From an uncultured bacterium (GTDB taxonomy: Bacteria > Verrucomicrobiota > Verrucomicrobiia > Limisphaerales > UBA8199): a stretch of 64,000 nucleotides of DNA. Numbering within the stretch: position 1 is the first letter of the stretch; every line of letters begins with the position of its first letter. The notes under the pieces were generated by a model. It was not told the DNA's origin, ran no database searches, and saw only the letters and a list, made by a program, of their open reading frames with translations. Of this stretch, positions 20,273 through 32,491 are shown one piece after another. A program made the translations under genes and the position numbers. The stretch is from assembly GCA_963749495.1 (NCBI GenBank), contig CAVVMW010000006.1:64001-128000 (forward strand), read 5' to 3'.

Positions 20273-21666
20273 TCCGGAAGGCTGGCGGCGGCGATGGCCT
20301 GGCCGTGGCGTTTGTCTTTCTCCGTGGGTATGTGCAAGGCGAGCTTGCCCGCCAGTTCAGGAAACTCGACCTTCAAGACCTCTTTGGCCCCGGCGAGGAT
20401 GATGGCGCCGCCGGGGCCGGAGGTGACGCGTCCCAGGATGAGGACGTTCTCCAGTTCATAGAACTCGGCCAGATGGGCGATGGCGTAGCCGAGGTAGGTG
20501 CCGATCGTCTGGTAAATCTTGCGGGCGCGCCCGTCGCCCGCGCCCACGAGACGCTGGACCTGCGCCAGCTTTTCGGGGAGCGGGAGTTTCGCCTCGACTT
20601 GGATGCCCGCCGGCGCCAGCAGCCGCCCGACGCATTGCTGGGAGAAATACTGGACGTTGCAGCCGTAATCGCCGGACCATTCATCGATAGGAGCGCCGGG
20701 GTTGTAATCGAGCGGGACGAAGGCCAGTTCGTTGAGCCAGGAGGTGAGGCTGCCCTCGGCATTGACATAACCGCCGGCGGTGCTGGTGCCCAGGGAGATG
20801 CCCAGGATGCGGTTGAGGCCCAGGGACATCGAACCGGCCAGGGCGGTGACTTCGCCGTCATTGATGACCTCGAAGGGGACATTGTTCCAGGCGCGGCGCA
20901 GGTCCAGGAAAAGGTTGCGCACGCGCTGGTTGAACACGTCGGGCGGCACGCCCCGAAATAGCGAGGCCACTTTCACGCGGTTGTCCCGGTAGATGCCAGC
21001 CGCGCTGCCGCCGATGGCATCCACGCGCGGCAGATGGGCGGCCGCCCGCTTGAGCGAGTCCATGATGCCGTCATAATGGTATTGTGGGTCAGGCTGGAAA
21101 TAGGGATCCCAGGGTGTCTCTTCACTGAAGACCACCTTGCCGTCAACCAATGCGGCCACCTTCCGGTCGCTGCCGCCCAGGTCGAACCCGATTCGGCAGC
21201 CGTCCAAGTGGCGTCCCAGGGCGGCCGTGCTGCGCCGTTCGGGGGGCGGGTCTTGGGTGTGTACGACCTCCAGCGGGTGATCGAACATCCGTTGGGCGAC
21301 CAGGTCCGCATCGAACGCTCCCGCCTGCGTGTCGCGGTAGTGCGCGGCCAGCCTGGCGGCCAGCGGGGCGGGGCCCTGGAAATGGAAGCGATAACCGCCG
21401 CGCGCCCAGAGCAGGAGCTTGGCGATGCGCTCCAGATAGGTGAAGTTGGCCCGCGCCTGGGGGTGAGTCTCAGGCAGGATCTCCGTCTCAAAGCGAGAAA
21501 CCGCCTTCTCGCCTTGTTCCAATGCCAGGCAGATCGGCACTGGCCGGCCGCTGGCTCGGACCGTTTGCCGGAAAGCGCGGTTTGCCAGGACCGCCGGTCG
21601 GAAGGCGGGGTCGAGGGCCGGCATGAGCCTGGGTGCTATCAGGGCAAGCCCGTCGTTGCTATTCAT
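20251..21666 (-). CDS. ROK family protein
   Basis: IGFDLGGS, NDGEVTALAG, LGTSTAGG, ELAF motifs. Confidence 0.85.
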   Translation of the reverse strand: MNSNDGLALIAPRLMPALDPAFRPAVLANRAFRQTVRASGRPVPICLALEQGEKAVSRFETEILPETHPQARANFTYLERIAKLLLWARGGYRFHFQGPAPLAARLAAHYRDTQAGAFDADLVAQRMFDHPLEVVHTQDPPPERRSTAALGRHLDGCRIGFDLGGSDRKVAALVDGKVVFSEETPWDPYFQPDPQYHYDGIMDSLKRAAAHLPRVDAIGGSAAGIYRDNRVKVASLFRGVPPDVFNQRVRNLFLDLRRAWNNVPFEVINDGEVTALAGSMSLGLNRILGISLGTSTAGGYVNAEGSLTSWLNELAFVPLDYNPGAPIDEWSGDYGCNVQYFSQQCVGRLLAPAGIQVEAKLPLPEKLAQVQRLVGAGDGRARKIYQTIGTYLGYAIAHLAEFYELENVLILGRVTSGPGGAIILAGAKEVLKVEFPELAGKLALHIPTEKDKRHGQAIAAASLPERLKAEG

Positions 21667-21858
21667 AAAAGACCGTCGAGCTTGGGGTCCAGTTCCGCTG
21701 CAAGTCAAGCTTGGAGCGCCCCTTGGGGGTAGAGGGCCGTTGACAAAGTGGTAGCGCAGGTTTGGAAACCTGCGCTACAACTTTGTCAACGGTCCCCCCC
21801 TCCGTGCGCCCCGCAAAGACTTTGGCTATCCGAATCGGATACTGTACACTGGCTCATC

Positions 21859-23393
21859 ATGAAAGGAAGAGGCAGGGTCTATCTGGTAGGCGCGGGTCCC
21901 GGCGATGCGGGGCTGCTGACGCTGCGGGGGGCGGAGTTGATAGGCCGGGCGGACGTCGTCGTGTACGACGCGCTGGTCAACCCGGAGTTGCTGCGTTTGG
22001 CGCCCAAGTCCGCCGAGATCATCTTCGGCGGCAAGCGGGGCCGGGACCAGGCCATTGCCCAATCGGAACTCAACCAACTGCTCATCGCCAAGGCGCGCGC
22101 GGGCAAAACCGTGGTGCGCCTCAAGGGCGGCGACCCTTACGTCTTTGGCCGTGGGGGCGAGGAGGCCGAGCAACTGGCCGACGCGGGTGTTTTCTTTGAG
22201 GTGGTGCCGGGGTCTCTTCGTTCGTGGCCGTGCCCGGCTACGCGGGCGTGCCCCTGACCCGTCGCGGGCTCTGCTCGCGCCTGACGCTGATTACCGGCCA
22301 CGAAGACCCCGCCAAGGAGGAAGCCACCATCGATTGGGCGCAGGTTGCCAAGACCCCGGGCACCAAGGTCATCATGATGGGCACAGACCGCATTGGGCAG
22401 ATCGCCCAGAAGTTGGTTGCCCATGGCATGGCAGCCACTACCCCGGTCGCCATGGTCCAATGGGGGACCACCGGGCGCCAGCAATCGGTCGCGGCAACCC
22501 TTGCCACCATAGCCGAGGCCGCTGCCCGCCAGAAGCTCGGCCCGCCAACCGTCGCCGTCATCGGCAACGTCGTCAACCTGCGCGGCAAGCTCAACTGGTT
22601 CGAGCGCCGGCCCCTGTTCGGCCAGCGCATGGTCGTCACCCGCACCCGCGAGCAGGCCGCCGAGCTCGCCCGCCGCTTGCAGGAACACGGGGCCCAAGTG
22701 CTCGAAGTCCCCACCATCCGCCTCGAACCGCCCACCCGCCGCGAAGACCTCGTCGATGCCCTGCTCGAGCTCAATTCCTACGATTGGCTGGTCTTCACCA
22801 GCCCCAACGGCGTGTCCAAGTTCTTCGAGTATTTCTTCAAGCAGTTCCACGATATGCGCGACATCGGCGGCGTGCGCATCGCCGCCGTCGGCCCGGCCAC
22901 GGCCAATCGGCTCAAGGAACTCCACCTGCAGGTCGACCTCATGCCCGACGAGGCCCTGGCCGTCAACATCGCCGAGGCCTTCGCTGGGTTCGAGAGCATC
23001 GAGAACCTGAGGATCTGCCTGTTGCGCGCCGAAGCCGCCAACAAGGAGTTGCCCCAGGCCCTGGAGGCCCTGGGCGCCATTGTGGATGATGTGGCCTGCT
23101 ACCGCACCGTGCCGGAAACCGAAGACCCGACCGGCGCCGCCGCCAGCCTCCTCGAAAAGGGCGCCGATTGGCTCACCTTCACCAGCGCCTCGACCGTCCA
23201 GCATTTCCACGCCCGCTTCGACCTGCCCGCGCTGCTTGGCAAATTCCCCCAACTCAAGACCGCCACCATCGGCCCGGAGACCTCCAAGGCCATTGCGGCG
23301 CTGGGCCTCAAGCCCACGCTCGAGGCCAAGCAACACACCATTGACGGCTTGGTCGAGGTCTTGCTCGCAGCGCAAGGAAAGCCCGCCCAATAG
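21859..23393 (+). CDS. cobA: uroporphyrinogen-III C-methyltransferase / synthase fusion (CobA-HemD), frameshift ~22210
   Basis: VYLVGAGPGD, RLKGGDP; HemD FTSPNGV and FTSASTV. Confidence 0.9.
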
Positions 23394-23629
23394 ACCACGG
23401 TCATCCGGCGGTCAGATCTCCAATACTGGGGTCTTGTGCCTCATGCGGCCAGCGCCTCCATAGTCTCGATGCAGTTCAACGCACCTTGCCGTAATCTCCC
23501 ATCACCGCGTCGGGCCACCCTGCACCGTGGCAGACCGAGTTGATACTGCGGGGCATTGATTGAGCGTTTTTGCCGGCCCTCTGGTCATTAACTGGGGAAC
23601 GTTAAGGCGATTTCGAACGATCCCGGCGC

Positions 23630-24710
23630 ATGATTCAACTGTCTTCCATGCTGGAGCGGCGCTCGCGCCCCTTCCTGGTCCTGGCGGGGCTGGCGGGGGT
23701 GGCTGCGATTGGCCTGGTCGATTATGTCACGGGGGTCGAGCTGCCTCTTCTCGGTATTCTACATGCTGGCGGTCGGGCTGGCGGCCTGGTTTGTCGGCCG
23801 GGGTTTTGGCCTGGTGATGTCGGTCCTGAGCGCCCTGGTCTGGATCGGAGGCGACCTGGCGGCGCGGGCGCACTATGCAAGCCCGTGGATTCCCGTCTGG
23901 AACGCGCTCATCATGATGGTGTGTTATTTCATCGTGGTCTGGCTGTTGACCAGCTTGCGTTCGCTCAACCGGAGCCTGGAGTTGCGGGTGCAGGAGCGGA
24001 CCCAGGCCCTGACGCACGAAATGGCCCAACGCCAGCGCCTGGAGGAGGAAATCCTTAAAGTGAGCGAACGGGAGCAGCGCCGCATCGGCCACGAATTGCA
24101 CGACACGCTCTGCCAGCACCTGACGGCCACCGCCATGGCCGCCCAGGTCCTGGACGAGCGCCTGGCCGCCAAGTCCCTGTCCGAGGCGGCCGATGCCGCC
24201 CGGGTCGTCGGGTTGATCGAGGAAGGCATCACCCTGGCGCGCAACCTGGCGCAGGGGCTTTACCCGGTCGAAATGGAGGCCGAGGGCCTCATGGCGGCCT
24301 TCAAAGAGCTTGCCGGCAGCGTCACCCGAGATGCGAAGGTCCCGTGCGTCTTCGAGTGCGACGCGCCGGTGCTGATGCACGATGATGCGGCGGCCACGCA
24401 CCTGTATCGCATCGCGCAGGAGGCGCTGCGCAATGCCCTCCGGCACGGCAAACCCCGCCGCATCGACATCAGTTTGTCCGAGCACGGCGGCCTGGTTAAC
24501 CTCACCGTCGAAGACGACGGCGTCGGCCTGCCCGAGAACCTGGCCCCAAGCGGCGGCCTGGGCATCCGCATCATGGCGCACCGCGCCGCCATGATCGGCG
24601 GCAATTTCTCCGTCGAGCCCGCCCCAACCGGAGGCACCATTGTGACGTGCTCATTCCCCAGGGCCTTTCCGATCGACCGCCATGCAAACCGATCCTCTGC
24701 CGAGGCCTGA
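23630..24710 (+). CDS. membrane sensor histidine kinase (HisKA_3 type), frameshift ~23740
   Basis: RIGHELHD, RIAQEALRNA, VEDDGVG, GLGIRIM. Confidence 0.85.
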
Positions 24711-25368
24711 CGCCCCAAAAAAGACCGTGTTCCTCGTGGACGACCACCCCTTGGTGCGCGAGTGGCTCACCAACCTGATCCATCAAAGGGCCGACCTGGC
24801 CGTCTGCGGAGAGGCCGAGACCGGCCCCCAGGCCATGCAGGCCATCCTCGCCCTCAAGCCCGACGTCGCCATCGTGGACATTGGCCTCAAGGACTCCTCC
24901 GGCATCGAGCTCATCAAAGACCTCAAGCGGTGCTCCCCGGCGACCGCCGTGCTGGTCCTCTCCATGCACGAGGAGCGCCATTACATCGAACGCGCCCTCC
25001 GGGCCGGGGCCCGAGGCTACATCATGAAACGGGAGAGCACCCGGAAGATCATCGCCGGCATCCACCAGGTCCTGGAGAACAAACTCTACGTCAACGATGA
25101 AATCGCCGCCGCCCTGGCTGCTCAATTCGTCGAAGGCAAGACCCTGTCCTCCCATTCTCCTGCCGAGCAACTCAGCGACCGCGAACTGGAGGTCTTCGAA
25201 CTCCTGGGCCAGGGGCGCGGCACCCGCCAGATCGCCGAGACCCTCCGCGTCAGCATCAAAACCGTCCAGGCCTACTGCGCCCGCATCAAAGAAAAACTCA
25301 ACCTCGCCAGCGCCACCGAACTCCTCCGCGAAGCCGTCCGATGGCATGAGACGCGGAGTGACGAATGA
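24682..25368 (+). CDS. NarL/LuxR family response regulator
   Basis: LVDDHP receiver; LSDRELEV...SIKTV HTH. Confidence 0.92.
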   Translation: MQTDPLPRPDAPKKTVFLVDDHPLVREWLTNLIHQRADLAVCGEAETGPQAMQAILALKPDVAIVDIGLKDSSGIELIKDLKRCSPATAVLVLSMHEERHYIERALRAGARGYIMKRESTRKIIAGIHQVLENKLYVNDEIAAALAAQFVEGKTLSSHSPAEQLSDRELEVFELLGQGRGTRQIAETLRVSIKTVQAYCARIKEKLNLASATELLREAVRWHETRSDE

Positions 25369-25691
25369 CGAATGACGAATGACGAATGACGAATGACGAA
25401 TGACGAATGACGAGGGACTGCGGCCCACGGGACCACGGGACCACGGGACTATGGGACCATGGGACCGGCCCAAAGGGCCGGCAGAGCCTAGCCCAGGGCT
25501 GAGGCCGTCAGGCCGATGCCCTGGGTCGCACGGCGCCTCCGGACCAGTGCCCTGAAGGGGCACCACAGCCCTCTGGCCATGTAGTACCCCGCCCTACAGG
25601 AGATATGGAGTCCGCCTGATAGACAACTTGGCCTAAATGACTATGTTATCAGGCTTGCATCGCTGGTCGAGAGCATCAGACCAGAAGAGCT

Positions 25692-27038
25692 GTGAACCGC
25701 TTTTTCCACCACTTTGGGCGGGGGGGCGCCGTCTGGGCGGTGCTGTGGCTGGCCGGGCTGGCCGTGGGTTGCGCTCAGCCGGCGGCCGCGCCGCCGGCCG
25801 GCAGCGCCTTTGATCGCCGTGCCCTGGAGCACTTGGCGCTGGGGGACGCGCAACGCCTGGCCCTGGAGCGGAACTGGGACCTGCTGGCCGCCGCCGCCGG
25901 GGTCGACGCCGCGACCGCGCTCAAGATCCTCGCCCACGAGTTCCCCAATCCCGCGTTTTCCTATCTCTCCAGCCTGATCAACGTGGACAACCACCCGAGC
26001 TCGACCTCCGCCGGCAACGGCGTTTGGGACCGCAGCTACGACACCATCTTCGCCGTCAACCAACTCCTGGAGATCGGCGGCAAGCGACGCTACCGCCAGC
26101 AATCCGCCCAGGCCGGGTTCGAGGCCGCCAGGGCCCAGTTGCTCGATGTCCGGCGCACGCTCGACCTCGGCGTGGCCAAGGCCTACATCGCCGCGGCCCA
26201 GGCCCAGGAAAACGTCCGCGTCCTGGCCCAATCGGCCGACACCCTCCGCCAAGAGGCCCGCATCGCTGAAGTCCGGCTCAAGGCGGGCGAAATCTCAAGC
26301 GCGGACCGGAGCCAGATCGAGATTGGCGCGCAACGCTTCGAGTTGGACGCGCGCGCGGCCGAGGCGGCCGCCGCCCAGGCGCGAGTCGCCCTGGAAGTCC
26401 TGCTCGGGGTGCCGCAGCCCAGCGCCGACTGCGTTTTGGCCAACAACCTCGAGACCCTGGCGGCCTCGGCCGAGCTGGGCAACACCAACTCAACCGGGAC
26501 CTGGCGCCCGGACGTGGCCGCCGCCGAGGCCGCCTGGCGCAGGACCGAGTCCGACCTGCGCCTCCAGAAGGCCTTCCGCATCCCGGACCCGACCGTCCTG
26601 GCCCAGTACGAACACCAACCCCCCGACACGCCCAACACCGTCGGGCTGGGCGTGAGCTTCCCGGTCCCGCTCTGGAACCGGAACCGGGGCAACATCCTGG
26701 CCGCCCAGGCCGCCCGCGAGCAGGCCCGCCTGACGTTCGAAAAGACCCGCGCCCAGGCCGTGGCCGACATCGCCATCGCCCTCCTTTCCTACAACGACGC
26801 GGCGGCCCGCTGGACACAATACCGCGAGAGCATCCGACCCAAGTCCGAGCAGGTCCGCAAGACCAAGGCATACGCCTATCAAAAGGGCGGCGCCTCGCTG
26901 CTCGATATGTTGGTGGCCGAGCGGGACGACAACGACGTGCGCCTGGCGGCCAACCAGTCCGCCAGTGACACCGCCGTCGCAGCCGCTGCGCTCAGGGCCG
27001 CCACGACTGAGATTCAACCTTTACAGATCAAAAAATGA
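25692..27038 (+). CDS. TolC/CzcC family outer membrane efflux protein
   Basis: Lipoprotein-like start, SFPVPLWNRNRG, AYQKGGASLLD. Confidence 0.85.
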   Translation: MNRFFHHFGRGGAVWAVLWLAGLAVGCAQPAAAPPAGSAFDRRALEHLALGDAQRLALERNWDLLAAAAGVDAATALKILAHEFPNPAFSYLSSLINVDNHPSSTSAGNGVWDRSYDTIFAVNQLLEIGGKRRYRQQSAQAGFEAARAQLLDVRRTLDLGVAKAYIAAAQAQENVRVLAQSADTLRQEARIAEVRLKAGEISSADRSQIEIGAQRFELDARAAEAAAAQARVALEVLLGVPQPSADCVLANNLETLAASAELGNTNSTGTWRPDVAAAEAAWRRTESDLRLQKAFRIPDPTVLAQYEHQPPDTPNTVGLGVSFPVPLWNRNRGNILAAQAAREQARLTFEKTRAQAVADIAIALLSYNDAAARWTQYRESIRPKSEQVRKTKAYAYQKGGASLLDMLVAERDDNDVRLAANQSASDTAVAAAALRAATTEIQPLQIKK

Positions 27039-28275
27039 AACTTCGTGCATTTACTTTGACTCGAGCACCGTATCGGAGGTCGGACGAGTCGGACCGGCCC
27101 GACCCGTCGGACGGCTTGCCGGGGACGGTGCCGTCGGCCCTCCGAGCCGTGATGGCGCTGCTGCTCGGGGCGTGCGCCGGGTGCAATTCCGACCCCAAGT
27201 CGGCGGATGTTCCCGAGGCCAAAGTGGCCGGTGAGACCGTGTCCATGGCCACCAACTCGCCCCAGTTGGCCGCGCTCACAGTCGAGACGGTCGGGGCCGA
27301 GCAGCCGTGTTTTGTGCCGCTGACCGGCCGGCTGGTGTGGGACGACGACGTGACGGTGCGGGTGTTCACGCCCTTTGCAGGCATCGTGCGCAAGCTGCTG
27401 GCCGACGTCGGGCAACCGCTGGCCAAAGACGCCCCGCTGGCCGAGATTCAATCGGCCGATTTCGGCCAGGCGCAGGCCGACGCTCGCAAGGCCGAGAGCG
27501 ACTTCCGGCTGGCAGACCGCAACCTGACGCGCCTGCGCGACCTCTTCGAGCACGGCGCCTCTCCCAAGAAAGACGTGGATGCCGCCGAGGCCGACTTCGA
27601 CCGGGCGAGGGCGGAGCGGCCCGGGCCCTGGACCGGCTGGCCATTTACGGCGCCGGGATAGCCGACACCAACCAGGTCTTCTTTCTGCCCAGCCCGCTGG
27701 AGGGGATTCTCGTCGAGAAAAACGTGACCCCGGGCCAGGAGATCCGCCCCGACCAGATACTGGCCAACGCGCCGCAATTCACCGCCCCGCTCTTCGTCAT
27801 CAGCGACCCGACCCGCCTTTGGGTCTGGCTGGATCTGACGGAGATTCAATTGTCCCTGGTACACAAGGGCCAGCAACTGACCATCCGCTCGCGGGCCTTT
27901 CCGGACCGGGCCTTCAACGGACGGCTGGACCTCATTGGCGATTCGCTCGACCCGACCACCCGCACCGTCCGCGCGCGCGGCACGGTCGCCAACCCCTCCA
28001 AGCTGCTCAAGGCCGAGCTCTACGTCACCGTCGAAATCCCCGATGTCGTCCCGGTGAGCCTCCAGGTCCCGTCCAAGGCGGTCTTCCTGCGCGACAATCA
28101 GTATTATGTCTTCCTGGAGACCGGCGCGGGCCGGTTCCAACGCCATCCCGTCAAGCTGGGCTCCGAGCGCGACGGCAGGGTAGTCATCCTCGACGGGCTC
28201 AGGCAGGGCCAGCGCCTGGTCAGCGAAGGCTGCCTCCTGCTCCAATCCCTCGTGGATACCGCGCCAAAATCGTGA
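27035..28275 (+). CDS. RND periplasmic adaptor (CzcB-like), frameshift ~27620
   Basis: Lipoyl half-motifs, DPTTRTVRAR, VILDGL..GQRLV. Confidence 0.85.
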
Positions 28276-28276
28276 C

Positions 28277-31200
28277 GTGATCGGCCGCATCACCTCCTAC
28301 ACCCTGCGCCACCGAGCGATCGTCCTGGCGGCGCTGGCGCTCTTCATCCTGGCCGGCATCAGCGCCTACCAGCGGTTGCCCGTCGAGGCCTTCCCGGATG
28401 TCTCGAACATGTCCGTGCAGGTGATTACGCTCTTCCCAGGCCACGCCGCCGAGGAGGTCGAGCGCCTGGTCACCGTTCCCATCGAGAACCAGATGAACAG
28501 CGTGCCCAAGCTGGTCGCCCTGCGCTCGATCAGCCTGTTCGGGCTCTCGCAGGTGACACTGGTCTTCGAGGACGGCGCGCAGCCGGACTACGTGCGCAAC
28601 CAGGTCTTCCAGTATCTGTCCTCCGTCACGCTCCCTCCGGGCGCCCAGGCCAGCCTCTCCCCCAACGCCACACCCATCGGCGAGATCTATCGTTACACCC
28701 TCCAGGCCCCCAAGACCTGCGCCGCGGTGGAACTCAAGGCCCTCGAAGACTGGGTCGTCGAGCGCAAGCTGCGCACCGTGCCCGGAGTGGTCGACGTGGT
28801 CGGGTTCGGAGGACCGACCAAGCAATACCAGGTGCAGGTCGATCCGCTCCGGCTCAAGGCCTACAATCTCTCGCTCAAGCAGGTCTTCGACGCCCTGGCC
28901 AACGGCAACCGCAACGCCGGCGGCTCCTATGTCGAGCACGGCTCCGAGATGTACGTCGTGCGCGGCCTGGGCTTTGTCCGCACTCCTTCGGACATCGAGG
29001 CCATCGCCGTCGACAGCCGCAACGGCACCCCCATCCGCATCAGCGATATCGGCTCCGTCACCATCGGCAATGCCGTCCGCCTCGGCCGCGTCGGCATGCT
29101 CTTCAAGACCCCGTTCGGGGATTGCCGACGACGGCGATGCGGTGCAGGGCATCGTGCTGATGCGGCGCGGGGAAAACCCGCGCACGGTCCTGGACGGCAT
29201 CCACGAAAAGGTCAAAGAGATCAACGCGCATTACCTGCCGGCGGGCGTCCGGTTGGTGCCGCACTATGATCGGACGGAGCTCATACACCGGACACTGCAC
29301 ACGGTGCGCAAGAACATGCTGGAGGGGATCGGCCTTGTAGTGCTGGTGCTGGTGCTGTTCCTGGGGCTGGGCAATTACCGCACCGCCCTGGTGGTGGCGC
29401 TGGCTGTGCCGGTGTCGCTCCTGGGCGCCTACCTGCTCCTGGACCTGCAAGGCATCCCCGCCAACCTCATCTCCATGGGCGCCATCGATTTCGGCATCAT
29501 CGTGGATTCGGCGGTGGTGATTGCCGAGAACGTGATCCGCCTGCTGCACGAGCGCAGAGATCGCACCCAGCCCCTGCCCGGCCTGATCGTGCAGGCTATC
29601 CGCGAGATGGGCCGGCCCATCCTCTTCTCGAAGGCCATCCTGCTGACCGCCTTCATCCCGGTCTATACCTTGCAGCGCGTCGAGGGCCGCATCTTCCGCC
29701 CCATGGCGCTGACCCTCACTTACGCCGTGGTCACCGGCACCCTCTTCGCGGTTTTCGTCGTGCCGGCCCTGATGAGCTTGGCCGTCCGCCACGGCGCCCG
29801 CGAGGAGGAATCCTGGGTCGTGCGCCGGCTCATTCATCTCTATCGCCCCAGCGTCGAGTTCGCCTTGCGCCACCGCAGGCTCGTCTATGGCGTCACCGGG
29901 CTGCTCCTGCTCGGCGGCGCCTTGGCCTATGGGGTCATCGGTTCGGAGTTCCTGCCCAAGCTCGACGAGGGCGCCCTCTGGGTGCGCATCTTCATGCCCA
30001 AATCCATCTCGCCCTCCGAGGCCGCCAAGCTCGCCGACAACGTGCGCCGCCGCCTGGCCTCATTTCCCGAGGTCGAAAACGTCCTCAGCCAGCTCGGCCG
30101 CCCCGACGACGGCACTGACATCAACGGCTTCGATGTTTGTGAGTTCAACGTCAATCTCAAGCCGCGCTCCCAATGGACCACCGCGCGTGGCCGCGATGGG
30201 CTCGTCGAGGCCATGTCCAAGGACCTGGCCGGAATCCCGGGCATTGATTCCCAGTTCAGCCAGTACATCGAAGACAACGTCAACGAAGCGGTCTCCGGCA
30301 TCAAAAGCGAATTGGCCATCAAGCTCTACGGCGAGGAGCCGGAGAAGCTCCAGGAACTGGCCGACAAGATAGCCGACACCCTCAGCACGGTGCCGGGGGC
30401 CAAGGACGTCGGCACCGACCGGTTCACCGGCCAGCCGCAGATCCAGATCACGGTCGACCGCGCCGCCGTGGCGCGTTACGGCGTCAGTGTGTCCGACATT
30501 CAGTCGGTCATCGAGACCGCCCTGGGCGGCTCGACGGCCACGCAGGTGCTGGAGAAGGAACGCTCCTTCGACCTGGTCGTCAAGCTCGCCCCCAAGGCCG
30601 TGTCGGACCTGGATTCGATCCGGAACATCCCTGTCTTTGGCGCCAACGGCGAGCGCTTGACACTGGGCGCCCTGACCGACGTCGAGGTCCGCTCGGGCCT
30701 GGCCCGCATCATGCGCGAGGGCAACGAGAGGCGCATCGCCATCAAACTCTCTGTGCGCGGACGCGACCTGGGCTCGCTGGTGCGCGAGGCCGAGCAGAAG
30801 GCCAACGCGGCCGTTCACCTGCCGACCGGCTACCGGATGTCCTGGACCGGGGCGTTCGAGAACCAGCAGCGCGCCGCCCGCCGCCTGGCCATGATCGTCC
30901 CCATCACGATCGTCGGCATCTTCTTCCTCCTGTTCACTGCCTTCGACTCCGGCCGCTACGCCGCGCTGGTCTTGCTGAACGTGCCGCTCGCCGCCGTGGG
31001 CGGCTTCCTGGCCCTGCTGGCCGCCCGCCTGGACCTGTCCGTCTCCGCCATGGTGGGGTTCATCGCCCTCTTTGGCGTCTCCATCCAGAGCGGTGTGCTC
31101 CTGGTGGAACGTATCCGGGAAATGCGCCGTCTGCACCAATCGCTCCACGAGGCCATCGTCGAGGGCGCCATCTCCCGCCTGCGCCCCGTCATGATGACCT

Positions 31201-31370
31201 CCTTGATGGCCGCCTTGGGCCTGCTCCCCGCTGCCCTCTCCACAGGCGTCGGCGCCGAGACCGCCCGCCCCTTTGCCGTCGTCATCATCGGCGGCCTGGT
31301 CACCGCCACCCTCCTGACCCTGGTCCTGCTCCCGGTCCTTTACCCCGCCTTCGAGACGGAAGGGGCTTAG
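28277..31370 (+). CDS. CusA/CzcA family heavy-metal RND transporter, frameshift ~29110
   Basis: EAFPDV, GAIDFGIIVDSAVV, EFLPKLDEG, RLRPVMMT. Confidence 0.9.
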
Positions 31371-31463
31371 ACCCAACGCCTCGCCGAGAGGCGCCCCGCT
31401 CGCGCGGTTCCCGGTTTTTCTACTTTCAGTTGCGCCGGCCTGTGCTATCCTCGTTTCGAGCTT

Positions 31464-31892
31464 ATGAAAGCATGCTTGAATTTCAGCGACATCCTGGGGG
31501 TCGGGCGGCCCCAGCTCGAGGAGATGCAGAGAATAGGTGATGCGTATGCAAGCCCTGATATTCCGGGCGCTTGCGAGGCATTCACGCGCCAGGTGAGGAT
31601 TGTCGAGGGGATACTGGTTCAAAGTTATGGAATCGCCGCCGCGATGGCCAGGAAGTCGGACGATCTAAACGAGGTGGCGGAAATCTGGACCGCGATGAGC
31701 CGCTTTTGCCGGTCGGCGCTGGCCAGCCTGGCGACGCTGAAACACAAGTACCCTTACTGCGGGACGCCAGCCCTCTATGACATGGTTTTGGATTACAGGC
31801 TGGCATGTGAGAAACGTTACCGCGGTGCGATGGAGGAGTTGGCATGTCAGAAGACGGAATTCCCGAAGGGATTATTACCCGAGATGAAGTAG
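31464..31892 (+). CDS. hypothetical protein (142 aa)
   Basis: Clean lower-GC ORF overlapping the next ORF. Confidence 0.65.
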   Translation: MKACLNFSDILGVGRPQLEEMQRIGDAYASPDIPGACEAFTRQVRIVEGILVQSYGIAAAMARKSDDLNEVAEIWTAMSRFCRSALASLATLKHKYPYCGTPALYDMVLDYRLACEKRYRGAMEELACQKTEFPKGLLPEMK

Positions 31893-32101
31893 CGGAATTG
31901 GCCTTCCTGTTCGACCGCTACGAGTTCGCTTTCGATCCGCTCTGCCTTGCCGCCAGGGAGGCGGAGTCCGACTTTGAGGAGCGAATTCGGGTGCTCTTCG
32001 CTGAACGGGTCCAGCCCTTCTATTCGAGCCTTTCCTTTGCCGCATTCCACTGCAGAATCAAGTCGCTGTGCAGGGCGTATCTCCGCAAAAATGCGCCCTA
32101 A
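31844..32101 (+). CDS. hypothetical protein (85 aa)
   Basis: GGAGG RBS before the ATG; overlaps the upstream ORF. Confidence 0.6.
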   Translation: MSEDGIPEGIITRDEVAELAFLFDRYEFAFDPLCLAAREAESDFEERIRVLFAERVQPFYSSLSFAAFHCRIKSLCRAYLRKNAP

Positions 32102-32146
32102 ATATTTGGCGGGCCTGCACGCTGGGCCTGCGTGTTGGTTGCACAT

Positions 32147-32236
32147 ATGCCCGAATCACTGGCAATCCGAGCCGAGGCCCTCGAGCCGCTTTTCGCGGCG
32201 TGGGAAGATCCGAACAAATACCGCGTCCGCGCCTAG
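32147..32236 (+). pseudogene. 5' fragment of a paralogous res gene
   Basis: Translates MPESLAIRAEALEPLFAAWEDPNKYRVRA*, versus the Res N-terminus MPEPLTIRAEALEPLFASWEEPNKHRVRA at 36153. Confidence 0.85.
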
Positions 32237-32491
32237 GGCTAAAGGCCTGTCGGCATACTCGGGCCAGGGCGCGGGGGGAACGGCGGGGACTCGAAAAAGG
32301 CGCCGCCCGGCGAGCGGGACTACACTCTAAAGGCAACTGATGGCTTTAGAGTGGAGAGTTGCGGTGGCTGTGGCCAGTGCCGTCGCGTCTCGGGGACACG
32401 GCGGGGGCGGGAAACCCTGGTGGCGCGGATAAAAATGAGCAACGCGCCGATTTGGGCATTGTTAAGAGGCCTGGCGCGTATTGTTGGTGTG

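Noticed and set aside
30060..31622. Long antisense ORFs (e.g. 30060..31622, 48362..49990, 14218..15612, 36776..38050)
   Set aside because: Shadow ORFs opposite well-supported genes in high-GC DNA, with no recognisable motifs.
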